A DNA stretch of 64,000 bases from Candidatus Latescibacterota bacterium. Its GTDB lineage: Bacteria; Latescibacterota; UBA2968; UBA8231. The notes beneath the pieces were generated by a model, which did not search any database, had not been told where the DNA came from, and saw only the letters and a list, made by a program, of their open reading frames with translations. The translations under genes were made by a program, and so were the position numbers. The stretch covers positions 192,001 to 256,000 of the forward strand of contig CBDETK010000013.1 in NCBI GenBank assembly GCA_965242865.1, written 5' to 3'. Shown in pieces: positions 18,106 through 28,381 of this stretch (positions are counted from its first letter, which is position 1; each line of letters starts with the position of its first letter).

Positions 18106-18918
18106 TCAATGCCGCGCCAATTCTGGGAATAGCTCGTCGTGGACTTCGGCGCATTGGCGCAAGTGGACCAGGCGCGCTGGGCTGGCGGTGTCGAGCATGG
18201 TGGGATAGAACATGCCGCCGCCGGTGACGACTTGGTAGCCGCCGGGCGAGTGCTGGCGGAGATAGTCCTTGAGGGTGGCCCGGTCGGCAGCGTTGGTGCA
18301 GGAGCGGGTGAGGTTCATGGTGAACATGCGCCGCCGTTGGTTACCGCCAAAGGAGGCGTGGTACAGGTCGTGATTGAAGATGACGAGGTCGCCCGGGGCC
18401 GTCTCGAGCGCGAGGTTGCCGGGAAAATCGCGCGGCTCCACGCCGAACAATTCCATGGATCTATTGAGATCAAGGCCCTCGGCGCGGACGAAGTGGTTGG
18501 GGTGGTGGCTGCCGGGGAGCAGGCGCAGACAGCCGGTGTCGCGGGTCAGCTCATCTAGATAGAAGGCGATTTTGACCGAGAAAAGCTGGCCCCAGTTGCC
18601 ATCGGGGTGCCAGCCGGTATCGCCGCTGTAGTAATTGCCGTCGCCGCTGGCGTAGTTGAAGTTCGCGCCGAGGACGCCGGTGCAAATTCCGCGGATGCGC
18701 TCGTCGTCTAGGAGGGCGCAAAGCCGCTCGCGGTGCTCAATGGGGCCGCCAAACATGGTGCGCTGGGTGCCGTCGTGTTGTGCGCCGTTGCCATGAGCTT
18801 GGATGGACTGCTCAAACTCAGCGGCGATCCAAGCGATCTCGCTGGGGGCAAAAAGCCGCGGGAAGTAGAGATAGCCAAAGGTCTTGAAGAAGCGAATCTG
18901 CGCGGGCGAAAGCTCCAT
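18106..18918 (-). CDS. Phytanoyl-CoA dioxygenase (PhyH)-family Fe(II)/2OG oxygenase
   Basis: QIRFFKTFGYL; WHPD (HxD); GCLRLLPGSH; distal His in LYHAS; RR motif. Confidence 0.85.
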   Translation of the reverse strand: MELSPAQIRFFKTFGYLYFPRLFAPSEIAWIAAEFEQSIQAHGNGAQHDGTQRTMFGGPIEHRERLCALLDDERIRGICTGVLGANFNYASGDGNYYSGDTGWHPDGNWGQLFSVKIAFYLDELTRDTGCLRLLPGSHHPNHFVRAEGLDLNRSMELFGVEPRDFPGNLALETAPGDLVIFNHDLYHASFGGNQRRRMFTMNLTRSCTNAADRATLKDYLRQHSPGGYQVVTGGGMFYPTMLDTASPARLVHLRQCAEVHDELFPELARH

Positions 18919-18959
18919 GGTGAATCGTCTCCGGGTTCAACGCGCTGCGGGAACGCAGG

Positions 18960-19205
18960 TCAGCGGACTTCGGTGGAGGTGAGCTCCATGACGCCCAGGT
19001 ACTCGCAGAGGGCGCGGCCGTCTAAAGGCAGGTCGAGCACGTCGGAAAAGGGCCACATGTCCCCCTTGAGGAAGTCGATCGCCATCTGCCGTTCCTGATT
19101 GCAATCTGCGGTCTGCACGTCTTTGACGGCTTGGATGATGACGGCCGCGGCGAGCCGTCGGTGGCCGTCAAACCGGGCGCGATATGTGGTCTTTTTTCTG
19201 CTCAT
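18960..19205 (-). CDS. Small hypothetical protein
   Basis: 81 aa, host-like codon usage, amphipathic RLAAAVIIQAVKD helix. Confidence 0.6.
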   Translation of the reverse strand: MSRKKTTYRARFDGHRRLAAAVIIQAVKDVQTADCNQERQMAIDFLKGDMWPFSDVLDLPLDGRALCEYLGVMELTSTEVR

Positions 19206-19256
19206 CTGCTTTCACTTCATTCCGCTAGAGTATGACGCCCTAAGTGCCCCTGAGTT

Positions 19257-20513
19257 TCACAGGTATAGCCCAATCACGCAGCCGGTGGCCATGGTCGCGA
19301 GCGTTCCGCCCACGAGCGAGCGCAGCCCTAGGCGCGCCAAGTCGCCGCGCCGCTCGGGTGCGATGCTGCCGATGCCGCCGATTATAATGGCCACGGAACC
19401 GAAATTGGCAAAGCCGCAGAGGGCGTACGTGGCAATGATGAACGAGCGCGTGCTCAAGGCGGCGTTGCCTTCCATCTGCTGGGCGAGCGCTAGGTACGCG
19501 ACAAATTCGTTGAGAATGGTCTTGAGGCCCATGATTTCGCCGACGAGCCGCGCTTCGCCCCAAGGAATCCCCATCAACCACGTCAGGGGGTGGAAGAGGA
19601 CCCCCGCTATGGTTTGTAAGCTCCAGCCGCTTGGGGTGCTATTGAACAGGGCGTCGAGGTAGCTCAGACCATAGTTGACTAGGGCGACGAGCCCGAGAAA
19701 GGCGACGAGCATGGCGAGGACGTTGAGCACCAAGTGCATGCCTTCGGCCGCGCCGCGGGCGGCCGCGTCGAGCCCATTGAGGGTGTCTTTGGGGGGCAGA
19801 GCGACCTTCTCTCGCGCTGTTTCCGCGGATTCCGTTTCTGGAATCATGAGCTTGGATACGGCGATGGCGGCCGGCGCGCTGATCAGCGAAGCGACCAAGA
19901 GGTGCCCGGCAATATCCGGGTGGACCGCCCCGAGCATGGTCGCATAAATGGTCATCACGGTGCCGGCGATGGTGGCCATGCCGCCGATCATCAGGCACAA
20001 CAACTCGCTTTCGGTGAGGCGGGCCACGTAAGGGCGAATAAGGAGCGGGGCTTCGGTCATGCCGAGAAAAATATTGGCGGTCATGCCGACGCTCTCGGCC
20101 GAGCTGATGCCCATGGACCGCTGCATGAAGCGGCTGAGCCGGGCGATGATCCAAGGCAGGAGCCGATAGTGGTAGAGCACCCTCGAAAGCGAGGCCACAA
20201 AGATGAGGATCGCCGCGATTTCGAGGGCGACGACCGGCCCGTGCTCGCGGACAAACGACTCCGCGCTCACGCCGCTAAACAGCAGCGACTCATTGGCGGT
20301 AAGCGCGGTTTTTTTGAGCAGGGTCGTCAAATCGCTGGCGAGGCCAAACACCAGCGGACGGATGGCCGGTTGCAGCAGAAGGGCCGCCAGTAGGAGCTGG
20401 AGCACCGTGGCCACGCCGAGGGTTTTCCAAGAAATGGAGCGGGTGCGGCGGCCGCTGAGGTAGGCAATGGCGAGGAGAACGCAGTAGCCTAAGGCACTGT
20501 GGACAATTAACAT
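19257..20513 (-). CDS. nupC: Concentrative nucleoside transporter (NupC/CNT)
   Basis: NIFLGMTEAPLLIRPY; GMATIAG; KTILNEFVAY; YALCGFANFGS. Confidence 0.9.
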   Translation of the reverse strand: MLIVHSALGYCVLLAIAYLSGRRTRSISWKTLGVATVLQLLLAALLLQPAIRPLVFGLASDLTTLLKKTALTANESLLFSGVSAESFVREHGPVVALEIAAILIFVASLSRVLYHYRLLPWIIARLSRFMQRSMGISSAESVGMTANIFLGMTEAPLLIRPYVARLTESELLCLMIGGMATIAGTVMTIYATMLGAVHPDIAGHLLVASLISAPAAIAVSKLMIPETESAETAREKVALPPKDTLNGLDAAARGAAEGMHLVLNVLAMLVAFLGLVALVNYGLSYLDALFNSTPSGWSLQTIAGVLFHPLTWLMGIPWGEARLVGEIMGLKTILNEFVAYLALAQQMEGNAALSTRSFIIATYALCGFANFGSVAIIIGGIGSIAPERRGDLARLGLRSLVGGTLATMATGCVIGLYL

Positions 20514-20595
20514 AACATCCTAAAAAATAAAGGGTAAAACCGAAAAAAGTCAATCGCAGCACCCGCGGCGTCACGCCTTCGGTTGAGGGCGTTGA

Positions 20596-21330
20596 TCACG
20601 GCGAAGGTGCGCCGCGGTCTTGGGGTGCCCAGCCGACGAGTTCCTTGGCGTTGGCGAGGTCCCACTTTTTGTCCGCGCCGAGTGAAACGCCGTAGAAGAT
20701 GCCGAATTGGGGCCGGGGGGCCTCGATGCAGCAAGCGGTCAGCTCGGAGACATCGCGGGCACTGAGCCAGCGGTTTTCGCCGGGGGGATAGGCGCTGTTG
20801 ACCTCTTCGGTGTCGGGATAGTTGGCGATGCGGAGGCAGTACGCGGAGATGCCGTATTGGTCGTAGTAGAAGCGGCCGAGGGCTTCGCCAAAAGCCTTGC
20901 TGACGCCGTACATGCTGTCCGGGCGAATCGGCATGTCCGGGGTGGTGTAGATGCCTTCTTGCTCGTAAAAGCCCGTCACGTGATTGGTGCTGGCAAAGAC
21001 GACGACCGGGACCTTGTTGATGCGGGCGGCCTCAAAGATGTTGTAGGTCCCTTGGATGTTGGTCTCCATGATCATCTGGTTGTAGCGCGTACGCGGATAG
21101 CCCCGCTGGGTAATCGCGATGCCGAGGTGGACGATGGTGTCGATGCCTTCGCAGGCCTCGACCATGTTCTCGAAATTGGCGAGGTCGGACACCACGATCT
21201 CGTCGTTGGGTTCCACCGAGGGGATGTTGCGGTGGAACAGCAGGCGAAAGTCGTAGCGGTCTTTGAGGTGGCGGCGCAGGCCGGACCCAACTTTGCCGGC
21301 CGCGCCGGTGATGAAAAGTTTCTTTTTCAT
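20596..21330 (-). CDS. NAD-dependent epimerase/dehydrogenase (uronate dehydrogenase-like)
   Basis: ITGAAGKVG; FASTNHVTGFY; YGVSK (YxxxK); WLSARD. Confidence 0.82.
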   Translation of the reverse strand: MKKKLFITGAAGKVGSGLRRHLKDRYDFRLLFHRNIPSVEPNDEIVVSDLANFENMVEACEGIDTIVHLGIAITQRGYPRTRYNQMIMETNIQGTYNIFEAARINKVPVVVFASTNHVTGFYEQEGIYTTPDMPIRPDSMYGVSKAFGEALGRFYYDQYGISAYCLRIANYPDTEEVNSAYPPGENRWLSARDVSELTACCIEAPRPQFGIFYGVSLGADKKWDLANAKELVGWAPQDRGAPSP

Positions 21331-21385
21331 GGCTCTTTCCTGTGGTTGCTATGGGTGGTAGATGGCGGAGACTTATGTGCTCCGC

Positions 21386-23956
21386 TTAAAAAGAAACAGT
21401 CGCGGTCATTGAAACCGTCCGCGGCGCGCCGAGCCAAGCCGCGTTCTCGGTGATGGAGGACAGGTAAGCCCGGTCGAGCAGGTTGTTCGCCACCATCGAG
21501 AACTCCGTTGATCGGAGCAAGGCCCCCAGGGCCTCGCCTGAAAAACCGAAATAAGCGTCCACCAGCCAATAGGCGTCCGCGTACCAGTCGGCCAGCAGGC
21601 TGACGCGCCGCGCCGCAGTGTACTTGGCCGTCAATCCCGTGCGGACCGGCCCGGTCCGGTCGAGCGAGACGACCCACAGCTCGTCCGGGATGCCGGCGAC
21701 GTCACTCCCCGCCACGATATTCTGCTCGGCATCGACGAGGGGATCGCCGCTCCCAATGTACTCCGAGTTGTTGAAGGTGTAGGCCGTGTACAAGGATAGC
21801 AGCTGCGGCAGCCGCACCGTGGCTGAGAACTCAAAGCCGTTGGTGCGGATGCCGCCGGCATTGAAGTAAGCCCCGCCGCCCGGAATGAGGTAGTTGGGAC
21901 CGGCTGTCGTTTGCGGCCCGAGGTAGAAAATCCGGTTCTGAAAATCGACGATGTAGCCCGTGGCGCCGAGGGCCACCCAATCGCCGGCGTACTGGAGTCC
22001 GACATCAATGTTTGCGGAGGTTTCCGGTTCGAGCGCGTCGAGGCTCCGGCCCGGGACCTCGAGGAGGGTGCTGCTGATCGCCTTGAAATTTTCAACATAC
22101 CCGCCGAAAAGGTGCAGGCCCTCGATCGGCGTCTCGTACGTGACGCCGCCGGAAAAGAGCAGGTTTGAATCGGAATCGGCCCCGAGCTCCGGGTCAATGC
22201 CAAACGAGTCCTCGCGCGACACCCGCACCAAGAACTGCTTGACGCCGCCGCTTAGGGTAAACGGGGCGGCGTAGAGCGTCTCCTCGGCGTACCACTTGAA
22301 CACGCGCTGCGGGAAATCCCACTCGTACTGGTGCCAGTAGGCCCGCTCGTTCCACTCGAAGCTGAGCGCCGGATCCAGCACCTGATGCCAGTCTCGGCCC
22401 AAGTCCCGCCGCGAGTTTTCGTACCAGATGCCGGCGCGCAGGGTGCTGCCGGCCGCGCCGACGGTGGTGAACCACTCCCCGTCGAGGGTCGCGCCGCGGC
22501 GGTCTTTCCCGTAGTGGCTGTGGCGGTACGACTGCACCGCAGTAGCATCCGGGTGGCACGCCGGATCGACCTCCGGGCCGCCTGCTCCATAGTAGTTGAA
22601 GATGTAGGACGACGTGCAGCCGGGCGTCGGTCCGACTGCGACGCCATCCCGGTCCACGAAACGGATCGGCCCGTGTGCTGTGCCGCCGCGCACTGGGCCT
22701 CGGCCCAGCAACTCCGATTCCGGGCCGAGGCCATCGTCGGTGACATCGGCGATGAAGGGAGGCAGCCAATCGCCGCGGCCCCGATTGCGATGAACATAGA
22801 GGCCGCCGCTCAGCGAGGTGACGTCGTCGAGCGACCAGTCCGCCTTCAGGTAGGCGAACGCGTTGTTTCGCTGGGTCTGCCAGCCGGGCCGGTAGAACTG
22901 GTTCAGGTACGGGACGCCGGGCCAGTCGCCGACGAGGCGGTCCCAACGCGGGTTGGCCGAGAAGTCGGCCTCGCTGTAGAGCCGCTGGTACACGTCTTCA
23001 TGGATGCTGTCGTACGAGATATGGCTGGTCAGTTCGAGGCGTCCGTGCGCTGAGACCAGCTTGGCGGCCGCGTGTTCCCGTTCGTTCCGCGCCGAACCCT
23101 GCACCCAGTCGGTCGCCTCCTGTCGGACCGCGGCGAGCCACGCACGGGTCTCGCGGCCAAACAGCGGGCCGGTGTCGAGGCGCAGGTAGAACCGCTTGCC
23201 GTTGTGCTCGCCGATGGTGGTAGACGCTGTGTAAGTCCGCTCGGCCGCTGGATCGTCCGTCAGGTAATTGAAGGTGCCGCCCAGTGCTTCGACCGACCGG
23301 GAGGCGATGTCGGCCGTGCCTTGGGACACCTCGACGTCCCCGAGGTTCATCGGGTCGATGAACCGATTCGCCTTGGCGCCGCTGAAGTAATCGGATGTAC
23401 CGTTCGGGAACCCATCGATGGTCGTGCCGATCTGCGCCTCGCTGATGGTCACTTGGAAGCCGCGCATGGCGACGTTGCTCGACCAGTCGTCAAAGCCGTA
23501 TGCATCGCCCTCTTGGATGGATACTCCGGGCAGGTTGTCGACCACCGACGTCACGCTGGTGATGTTCGATTGCTGCCGCAGCATCGGCTCGGCCACGACA
23601 TTGCGCGCGAAGATCCGGGGCTGCTCGGCCACGACGCTGATTCCCTCGAGTCCTAAGACGCTCGGTTCCAACCGCACGTCGAGCGTGGTGACGCCCGGGC
23701 TTATCGTCCGTCGCTTTGGGTGGAATCCCAAAGAGGAAAAAATTAGAACGTCCTCCACAGACCTAAGCTCAATCGAATAGGCTCCATCCTCGTCCGTCGC
23801 CGTCCCGATGAATGTGCCCTCAATGACAACCGTTCCGCCCGGTAGGGCCTCGCCGGTATCATCCGAAACCACGGTCCCTGAAACCGTAATCTGCCCTTGG
23901 GCCTCTTGGGCTAGCGGCACAACGAATGCGACGACAAGGATGCGGACGAATTTCAT
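21386..23956 (-). CDS. TonB-dependent receptor
   Basis: GGAGG RBS and signal peptide; carboxypeptidase-regulatory-like N-domain; plug (LPGVSI, MRGF); NNLLDRAY; C-terminal Phe. Confidence 0.9.
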   Translation of the reverse strand: MKFVRILVVAFVVPLAQEAQGQITVSGTVVSDDTGEALPGGTVVIEGTFIGTATDEDGAYSIELRSVEDVLIFSSLGFHPKRRTISPGVTTLDVRLEPSVLGLEGISVVAEQPRIFARNVVAEPMLRQQSNITSVTSVVDNLPGVSIQEGDAYGFDDWSSNVAMRGFQVTISEAQIGTTIDGFPNGTSDYFSGAKANRFIDPMNLGDVEVSQGTADIASRSVEALGGTFNYLTDDPAAERTYTASTTIGEHNGKRFYLRLDTGPLFGRETRAWLAAVRQEATDWVQGSARNEREHAAAKLVSAHGRLELTSHISYDSIHEDVYQRLYSEADFSANPRWDRLVGDWPGVPYLNQFYRPGWQTQRNNAFAYLKADWSLDDVTSLSGGLYVHRNRGRGDWLPPFIADVTDDGLGPESELLGRGPVRGGTAHGPIRFVDRDGVAVGPTPGCTSSYIFNYYGAGGPEVDPACHPDATAVQSYRHSHYGKDRRGATLDGEWFTTVGAAGSTLRAGIWYENSRRDLGRDWHQVLDPALSFEWNERAYWHQYEWDFPQRVFKWYAEETLYAAPFTLSGGVKQFLVRVSREDSFGIDPELGADSDSNLLFSGGVTYETPIEGLHLFGGYVENFKAISSTLLEVPGRSLDALEPETSANIDVGLQYAGDWVALGATGYIVDFQNRIFYLGPQTTAGPNYLIPGGGAYFNAGGIRTNGFEFSATVRLPQLLSLYTAYTFNNSEYIGSGDPLVDAEQNIVAGSDVAGIPDELWVVSLDRTGPVRTGLTAKYTAARRVSLLADWYADAYWLVDAYFGFSGEALGALLRSTEFSMVANNLLDRAYLSSITENAAWLGAPRTVSMTATVSF

Positions 23957-23991
23957 GTGACCTCCTGCGATTGGGTGCAAACCCTAATTTA

Positions 23992-24285
23992 ACGTGAGTT
24001 CGGGTTAAGGTGAGGGTCTCCTTTTTGGCTAAACCCGAGCCAACATGAAAAAGCACCCCCTGTCCCGCGCAGACCAACACCTGCTGCGTAAACGAACCTT
24101 GATCGAAACCATCACCGGTCAACTTAAAAATATCGCCCAGATTGAGCACACCAGACACCGAAGCCCAATCAATTTTATGGTCCATCTCATCAGCGGATTA
24201 GTCGCCTACGCTCACCAACCCAAAAAACCCACCCTAAAAACCAACAGGCCCAGCCAATCAGAGGCCGGTTAACCCGAACTCACGT
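23992..24285 (+). mobile_element. Non-autonomous IS982-family derivative (294 bp)
   Basis: Perfect 17-bp inverted repeats ACGTGAGTTCGGGTTAA (23992-24008) and TTAACCCGAACTCACGT (24269-24285). They enclose only a transposase C-terminus ([26 protein letters not shown]). Confidence 0.85.
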
Positions 24286-24406
24286 GTTGCTTACCTTGCC
24301 GCCGGCCGTTCTTAACGGCATCTTGATGACTACAGCGTGGACAGGGCATCATGAGCAGAATATACCAACGCCGAATTTCGCCCACACAATCCAGAAACGA
24401 AAGACG

Positions 24407-25207
24407 ATGCAAAGCGATTCCGCATTCTCAGAATTAGTTGCTATCATGGCGCGTCTGCGCGGCCCCGACGGCTGCCCTTGGGACCGCAAGCAGACGCACG
24501 CCACGCTCAGGCCCTACCTGTTGGAGGAGGCGTACGAGGCCCTCGAAGCCATTGACTCAGAAGACGATGCCGAGCTGTGCAAGGAACTCGGCGATGTGTT
24601 GCTGCAAGTGGTGTTCCACGCCCAGATCGCGGCCGAGGAGGGCCGCTTCGACATCGAGGCGGTCGGCCAAGCCATCGTCGATAAGCTGATTCGCCGCCAT
24701 CCCCACGTCTTCGGCGATGCGAGCGTAGAAGGGGCTGACGAGGTTTTGCGCCGCTGGGAGCAGATCAAAAAACAGGAGCGTCGGGAGCAGGGGGAAGCCG
24801 CCCCTTCATTGCTGGAGGGCATTCCCAAGCCCCTCCCGGCCCTAATGCGCGCCCAGCGGGTCCAAGCGCGCGTTGCCCAGCAGGGGTTTGACTGGGACGA
24901 CGCGGCTGGAGCACTCGCCAAGGTCGAAGAGGAATTCGCCGAAGTGCGCCAGGCTTGGGAGCAGGGGAAAGCCGCGGCCATTGAAGAGGAGTTTGGCGAC
25001 TTGCTCTTTTCGTTGGTCAACGCCAGCCGCTTCCTCAAGGTAGAGCCCGAGCAGGCCCTTCGACGGGCCGTCGCCAAGTTCGAGCGCCGCTTCCGCGCCC
25101 TAGAGGAGGCCGTGCATGCGCGCGGCGAGGAAGTGGCCGCGCTCTCGCTGGCCGCTCTAGACGAGATATGGGACGAGGTAAAAGCGCGCGAAAGGGCTGA
25201 AGCATAG
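24407..25207 (+). CDS. mazG: Nucleoside triphosphate pyrophosphohydrolase MazG
   Basis: LRGPDGCPWDRKQT; EEAYE; ELGDVLLQVVFH; second EEEFGDLLF domain. Confidence 0.95.
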   Translation: MQSDSAFSELVAIMARLRGPDGCPWDRKQTHATLRPYLLEEAYEALEAIDSEDDAELCKELGDVLLQVVFHAQIAAEEGRFDIEAVGQAIVDKLIRRHPHVFGDASVEGADEVLRRWEQIKKQERREQGEAAPSLLEGIPKPLPALMRAQRVQARVAQQGFDWDDAAGALAKVEEEFAEVRQAWEQGKAAAIEEEFGDLLFSLVNASRFLKVEPEQALRRAVAKFERRFRALEEAVHARGEEVAALSLAALDEIWDEVKARERAEA

Positions 25208-25215
25208 GAGGCGTC

Positions 25216-25884
25216 ATGGAGGTTCCCCTGCGCGTTGACGTGCTCTTTTTCGCCGCGGTCTTGGGCGTCTTGGTGCTTGCGGTGTTGGCCGTGCGTGCGG
25301 CCGCCCAGCGCGCCGGCCACCCCAGCGACCTGTGGACGATGCGGGCCGCTATTGGAGTGGGGATCTGGTTGGCCGCGACCGGACTGGCCGCGCTGTCGGG
25401 CGCGGTGCGCGGCTTTTCGCTGCCCCTGTTCACCGCCTTGATGCTCCTAACGGGTGGCGCGGCCTTTTCGCGGGTGGGGGCCGCGCTGGTGGCGGCCGTT
25501 GGCCCGGTTGGGCTGATAGGCTTCCAGTTTTTCCGCGTGCCGGTGGCCCTGTTCTTGCGAGGCATGCATCAGGCCGGGCAGGTGCCGGTTCAGGTGACCT
25601 ACGAAGGGCTCAACTTCGACATCTTCGTCGGCTTGACCGCGCCGGCCATGGCGTGGCTGGTCTGGCGCGGCAAGGCGCGGCAAGGCGCGATATGGGTGTG
25701 GAATGGGTTTGGACTGGTGCTACTGGTCGAGGGGCTCGCCATCGCGGCTCTGGCCATGCCGGAGCCAGCCAGCGCGTTCTCGACTCCCTACGTCTGGCTG
25801 CCCACGGTCTTGGCCCCAGCCGCCCTAGGCGGTCATTTGTTGGTAGTGCGCTGGCTGTGGTCGAGTTGCTCTCGGTCGAGGTAA
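25216..25884 (+). CDS. Hypothetical multi-pass membrane protein
   Basis: GGAGG RBS; 6-7 hydrophobic segments; FQFFRVPV, GLNFDI, PYVWLPT. Confidence 0.72.
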   Translation: MEVPLRVDVLFFAAVLGVLVLAVLAVRAAAQRAGHPSDLWTMRAAIGVGIWLAATGLAALSGAVRGFSLPLFTALMLLTGGAAFSRVGAALVAAVGPVGLIGFQFFRVPVALFLRGMHQAGQVPVQVTYEGLNFDIFVGLTAPAMAWLVWRGKARQGAIWVWNGFGLVLLVEGLAIAALAMPEPASAFSTPYVWLPTVLAPAALGGHLLVVRWLWSSCSRSR

Positions 25885-27365
25885 TCCATGGCCGGATCGA
25901 GCTTCCAGCGGCATTGGTCCGGGGGCTGTACAGCGCGGCCCCATGCGGCGAGGATGGAGCGGTCGGCGCGGAGCACGGCCAGGCGCACGGCGATCTGCGC
26001 TGGGTCCCACCCGTCTAGGACTTCGGCTTTGAGCGCGGCCAGCGTCTCTTGGTGGGCCGGGTCGGCCGCTAGGTCGCAACGCTCGTGCGGGTCGGCTTGG
26101 AGGTTAAAAAGCTGGCAGGGCTGCCCGTGGTAATAGTTGAGCTTCCACGGCCCGCGCCGAATCATGCGCTGAAAAATGCCCTCGGCTGGGAAGGGGCCGC
26201 CAGCCCCGGCCGCGTCTTGGCAAAACTCGGAGAAGGCGACGTCGTCCCACGCGGCGTTTTGCGGATCCGCCAGCAGGGGCAGGACGCTACGGCCCCGTGC
26301 GTTGGGCAGGACCGGGCAGCCCAAGGCGTCGAGCAGGGTCGCGTTGAGGTCGAGGGAGGAAATTACCCGGTCGCAACGAGTGCCGGCCGGCAAGTGCCCG
26401 GGCCAAGCGAGAATGGCCGGCACCTTAACCGAGGCTTCGTAAAAGGTCTGCTTCCACCACAACCCGTGCTCGCCGACCTGCTCGCCGTGGTCCGACGTAT
26501 AGAGGATGAGGGTGTTTTCCTCCAAATCGTTTTCCCGCAGCGCGGCTACGATCTGGCCGATCAGGGCGTCCATGCGGTGGACTAGCGCCCAATAGGCCGC
26601 GCGGGCGCGGCGGGTCTCTTCCGCGCTGACTTCCTCGATGTCGCAGGCTTGACGCCAGCGCTTGAGGTGGGGGTGCAGGTGGTCGCCAAAGGGTTCCGGG
26701 GTTTGCGGCGGCGCGATGTTTTCGTAGTAGTAGCGATAGTCTTGCAGGCGGGCGACAAAAGGCTGGTGCGGCAGCATGAAACCGACCGAGAGCGAAAACG
26801 GCTCGGCCGCTTGGCCGGCGCGCTGGGCCACCCCGAGGCGATTGAGGTAGTCAACGGTCGCGGCCGCGACGTCTTCGTCGTGGACCTGATAGGCGCTTTG
26901 ACCGTGGCCGGACAGGCGCAGGCTGACGCGGCTCGGCCCGGCCGTGCCCGCGAGTGGGCCGTGGTCCACGCCTCGGCCCCCGGGCTGGTTGGGGCCGTGG
27001 TCGCCGACGAGCCGCTCCGCGTACCCGTGCAGTTGGTCCGGCCCCACCGAGTGCATGCGGCCGATGAGAACCGGGCGGTAGCCGCCGGCGCCCATGGCGT
27101 GGGCGAGGGTGGGGATGCCGGAGTCGAGGATGTGGCTGTTGGTCCAAACTTGGTTGTCGCAGGGGTAGCGACCCGACAGCATGGACATCCGCGAGGGGAC
27201 GCAAATGGGCGAGGGGCAATAGGTGTTGTCGAACGCTACGCCGCGCGCTGCGAGGGCGTCGAGGTGGGGGGTTTGGACTAAGGGGTCGCCATAGCAGCCG
27301 GCGACGTAAGGGCTGTGTTGGTCGGAGTGGATGTAAAGCAGGTTGGGGCGGGAGTCGCGGCTCAT
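25833..27365 (-). CDS. Formylglycine-dependent sulfatase (choline-sulfatase-like)
   Basis: RPNLLYIHSDQH; CVPSR (CxPxR); GRMH; YTSDHGE; WWKQTFYEASVKVP. Confidence 0.9.
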   Translation of the reverse strand: MSRDSRPNLLYIHSDQHSPYVAGCYGDPLVQTPHLDALAARGVAFDNTYCPSPICVPSRMSMLSGRYPCDNQVWTNSHILDSGIPTLAHAMGAGGYRPVLIGRMHSVGPDQLHGYAERLVGDHGPNQPGGRGVDHGPLAGTAGPSRVSLRLSGHGQSAYQVHDEDVAAATVDYLNRLGVAQRAGQAAEPFSLSVGFMLPHQPFVARLQDYRYYYENIAPPQTPEPFGDHLHPHLKRWRQACDIEEVSAEETRRARAAYWALVHRMDALIGQIVAALRENDLEENTLILYTSDHGEQVGEHGLWWKQTFYEASVKVPAILAWPGHLPAGTRCDRVISSLDLNATLLDALGCPVLPNARGRSVLPLLADPQNAAWDDVAFSEFCQDAAGAGGPFPAEGIFQRMIRRGPWKLNYYHGQPCQLFNLQADPHERCDLAADPAHQETLAALKAEVLDGWDPAQIAVRLAVLRADRSILAAWGRAVQPPDQCRWKLDPAMDYLDREQLDHSQRTTNK

Positions 27366-27511
27366 AATACCTCGTGGGTTGGGTGGTCTGCGCGACAAGG
27401 TACGCGGCCGGTCGCGGCCGAGCAAGACGGGGCTGCGTGGGTTTTCTCGCACGGCTGCATTGCGTACGTTTTTTTGTTCTGAACGGCGAACCGCAAGCGA
27501 TGGAGATTGGA

Positions 27512-28363
27512 ATGTCCAAGAAGAAAGCCGCCAAACCGGCCAAGACGAAGCGCGAATTGTTGCCCAAGAAGAAAGCCGCCCAGCCGGCCAAAATGAAGCG
27601 CAAAGACTACGAGCGCGAATTGGCCAAGTTGCACCACGAGCTGGTCAAGTTGCAGCACTGGATCAAGGACCAGGGCCTGCGGGTCGTGATCCTCTTTGAG
27701 GGGCGCGACACGGCCGGCAAGGGCGGGATCATCAAGCGCATCACCGCGCCGCTCAATCCGCGCGGCGCCCGCGTGGTGGCCTTGGGGACGCCCTCGGACC
27801 GCGAGCGCACCCAGTGGTACTTCCAGCGCTACGTGGCCCACCTGCCGGCGGCGGGCGAGATCGTGATCTTCGACCGCAGCTGGTACAACCGCAGCGGCGT
27901 TGAGCGGGTCTTTGGCTTTTGCACCGAGGAGGAGTATTGGGAGTTTCTCCACTCGTGCCCGGAGTTTGAGCGCATGTTGGTGCGCTCGGGGATCGTCCTG
28001 CTGAAGTACTGGCTGTCGGTGAGTGCGGAGGAGCAAGAAAGCCGCTTTCAGGAGCGCGCCCGGAATCCGCTCAAGCGCTGGAAGCTCAGCGACATAGACC
28101 TGGAGTCGCGGAACAGATGGGTCGAGTACTCCAAGGCCAAGGACGAGGCGTTTTTCTACACGGACATTCCCGAAGCGCCTTGGTACACGGTCGAAGCCGA
28201 CTACAAGCGCCGGGCGCGTCTCAACTGCATCGCGCACCTCCTCAACCAACTGCCCTACGAGGACGTGATGCCGCAAAAGATGGACCTGCCGCCGCGCCCG
28301 CCCCACGGCGAGTACCAGCGCCCGCCCCACAGCAAGTTGCACTTTGTCGATGAGAAGTACTGA
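27512..28363 (+). CDS. ppk2: Polyphosphate kinase 2
   Basis: FEGRDTAGKGG; WYFQRY; FDRSWYNR; KRWKLS. Confidence 0.95.
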   Translation: MSKKKAAKPAKTKRELLPKKKAAQPAKMKRKDYERELAKLHHELVKLQHWIKDQGLRVVILFEGRDTAGKGGIIKRITAPLNPRGARVVALGTPSDRERTQWYFQRYVAHLPAAGEIVIFDRSWYNRSGVERVFGFCTEEEYWEFLHSCPEFERMLVRSGIVLLKYWLSVSAEEQESRFQERARNPLKRWKLSDIDLESRNRWVEYSKAKDEAFFYTDIPEAPWYTVEADYKRRARLNCIAHLLNQLPYEDVMPQKMDLPPRPPHGEYQRPPHSKLHFVDEKY

Positions 28364-28381
28364 GCAGACGGCGCGCGCCCG

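Noticed and set aside
25833-25884. 52-nt convergent overlap of the sulfatase and membrane-protein genes
   Set aside because: Short tail overlaps are common in GC-rich genomes; there is no sign of function.
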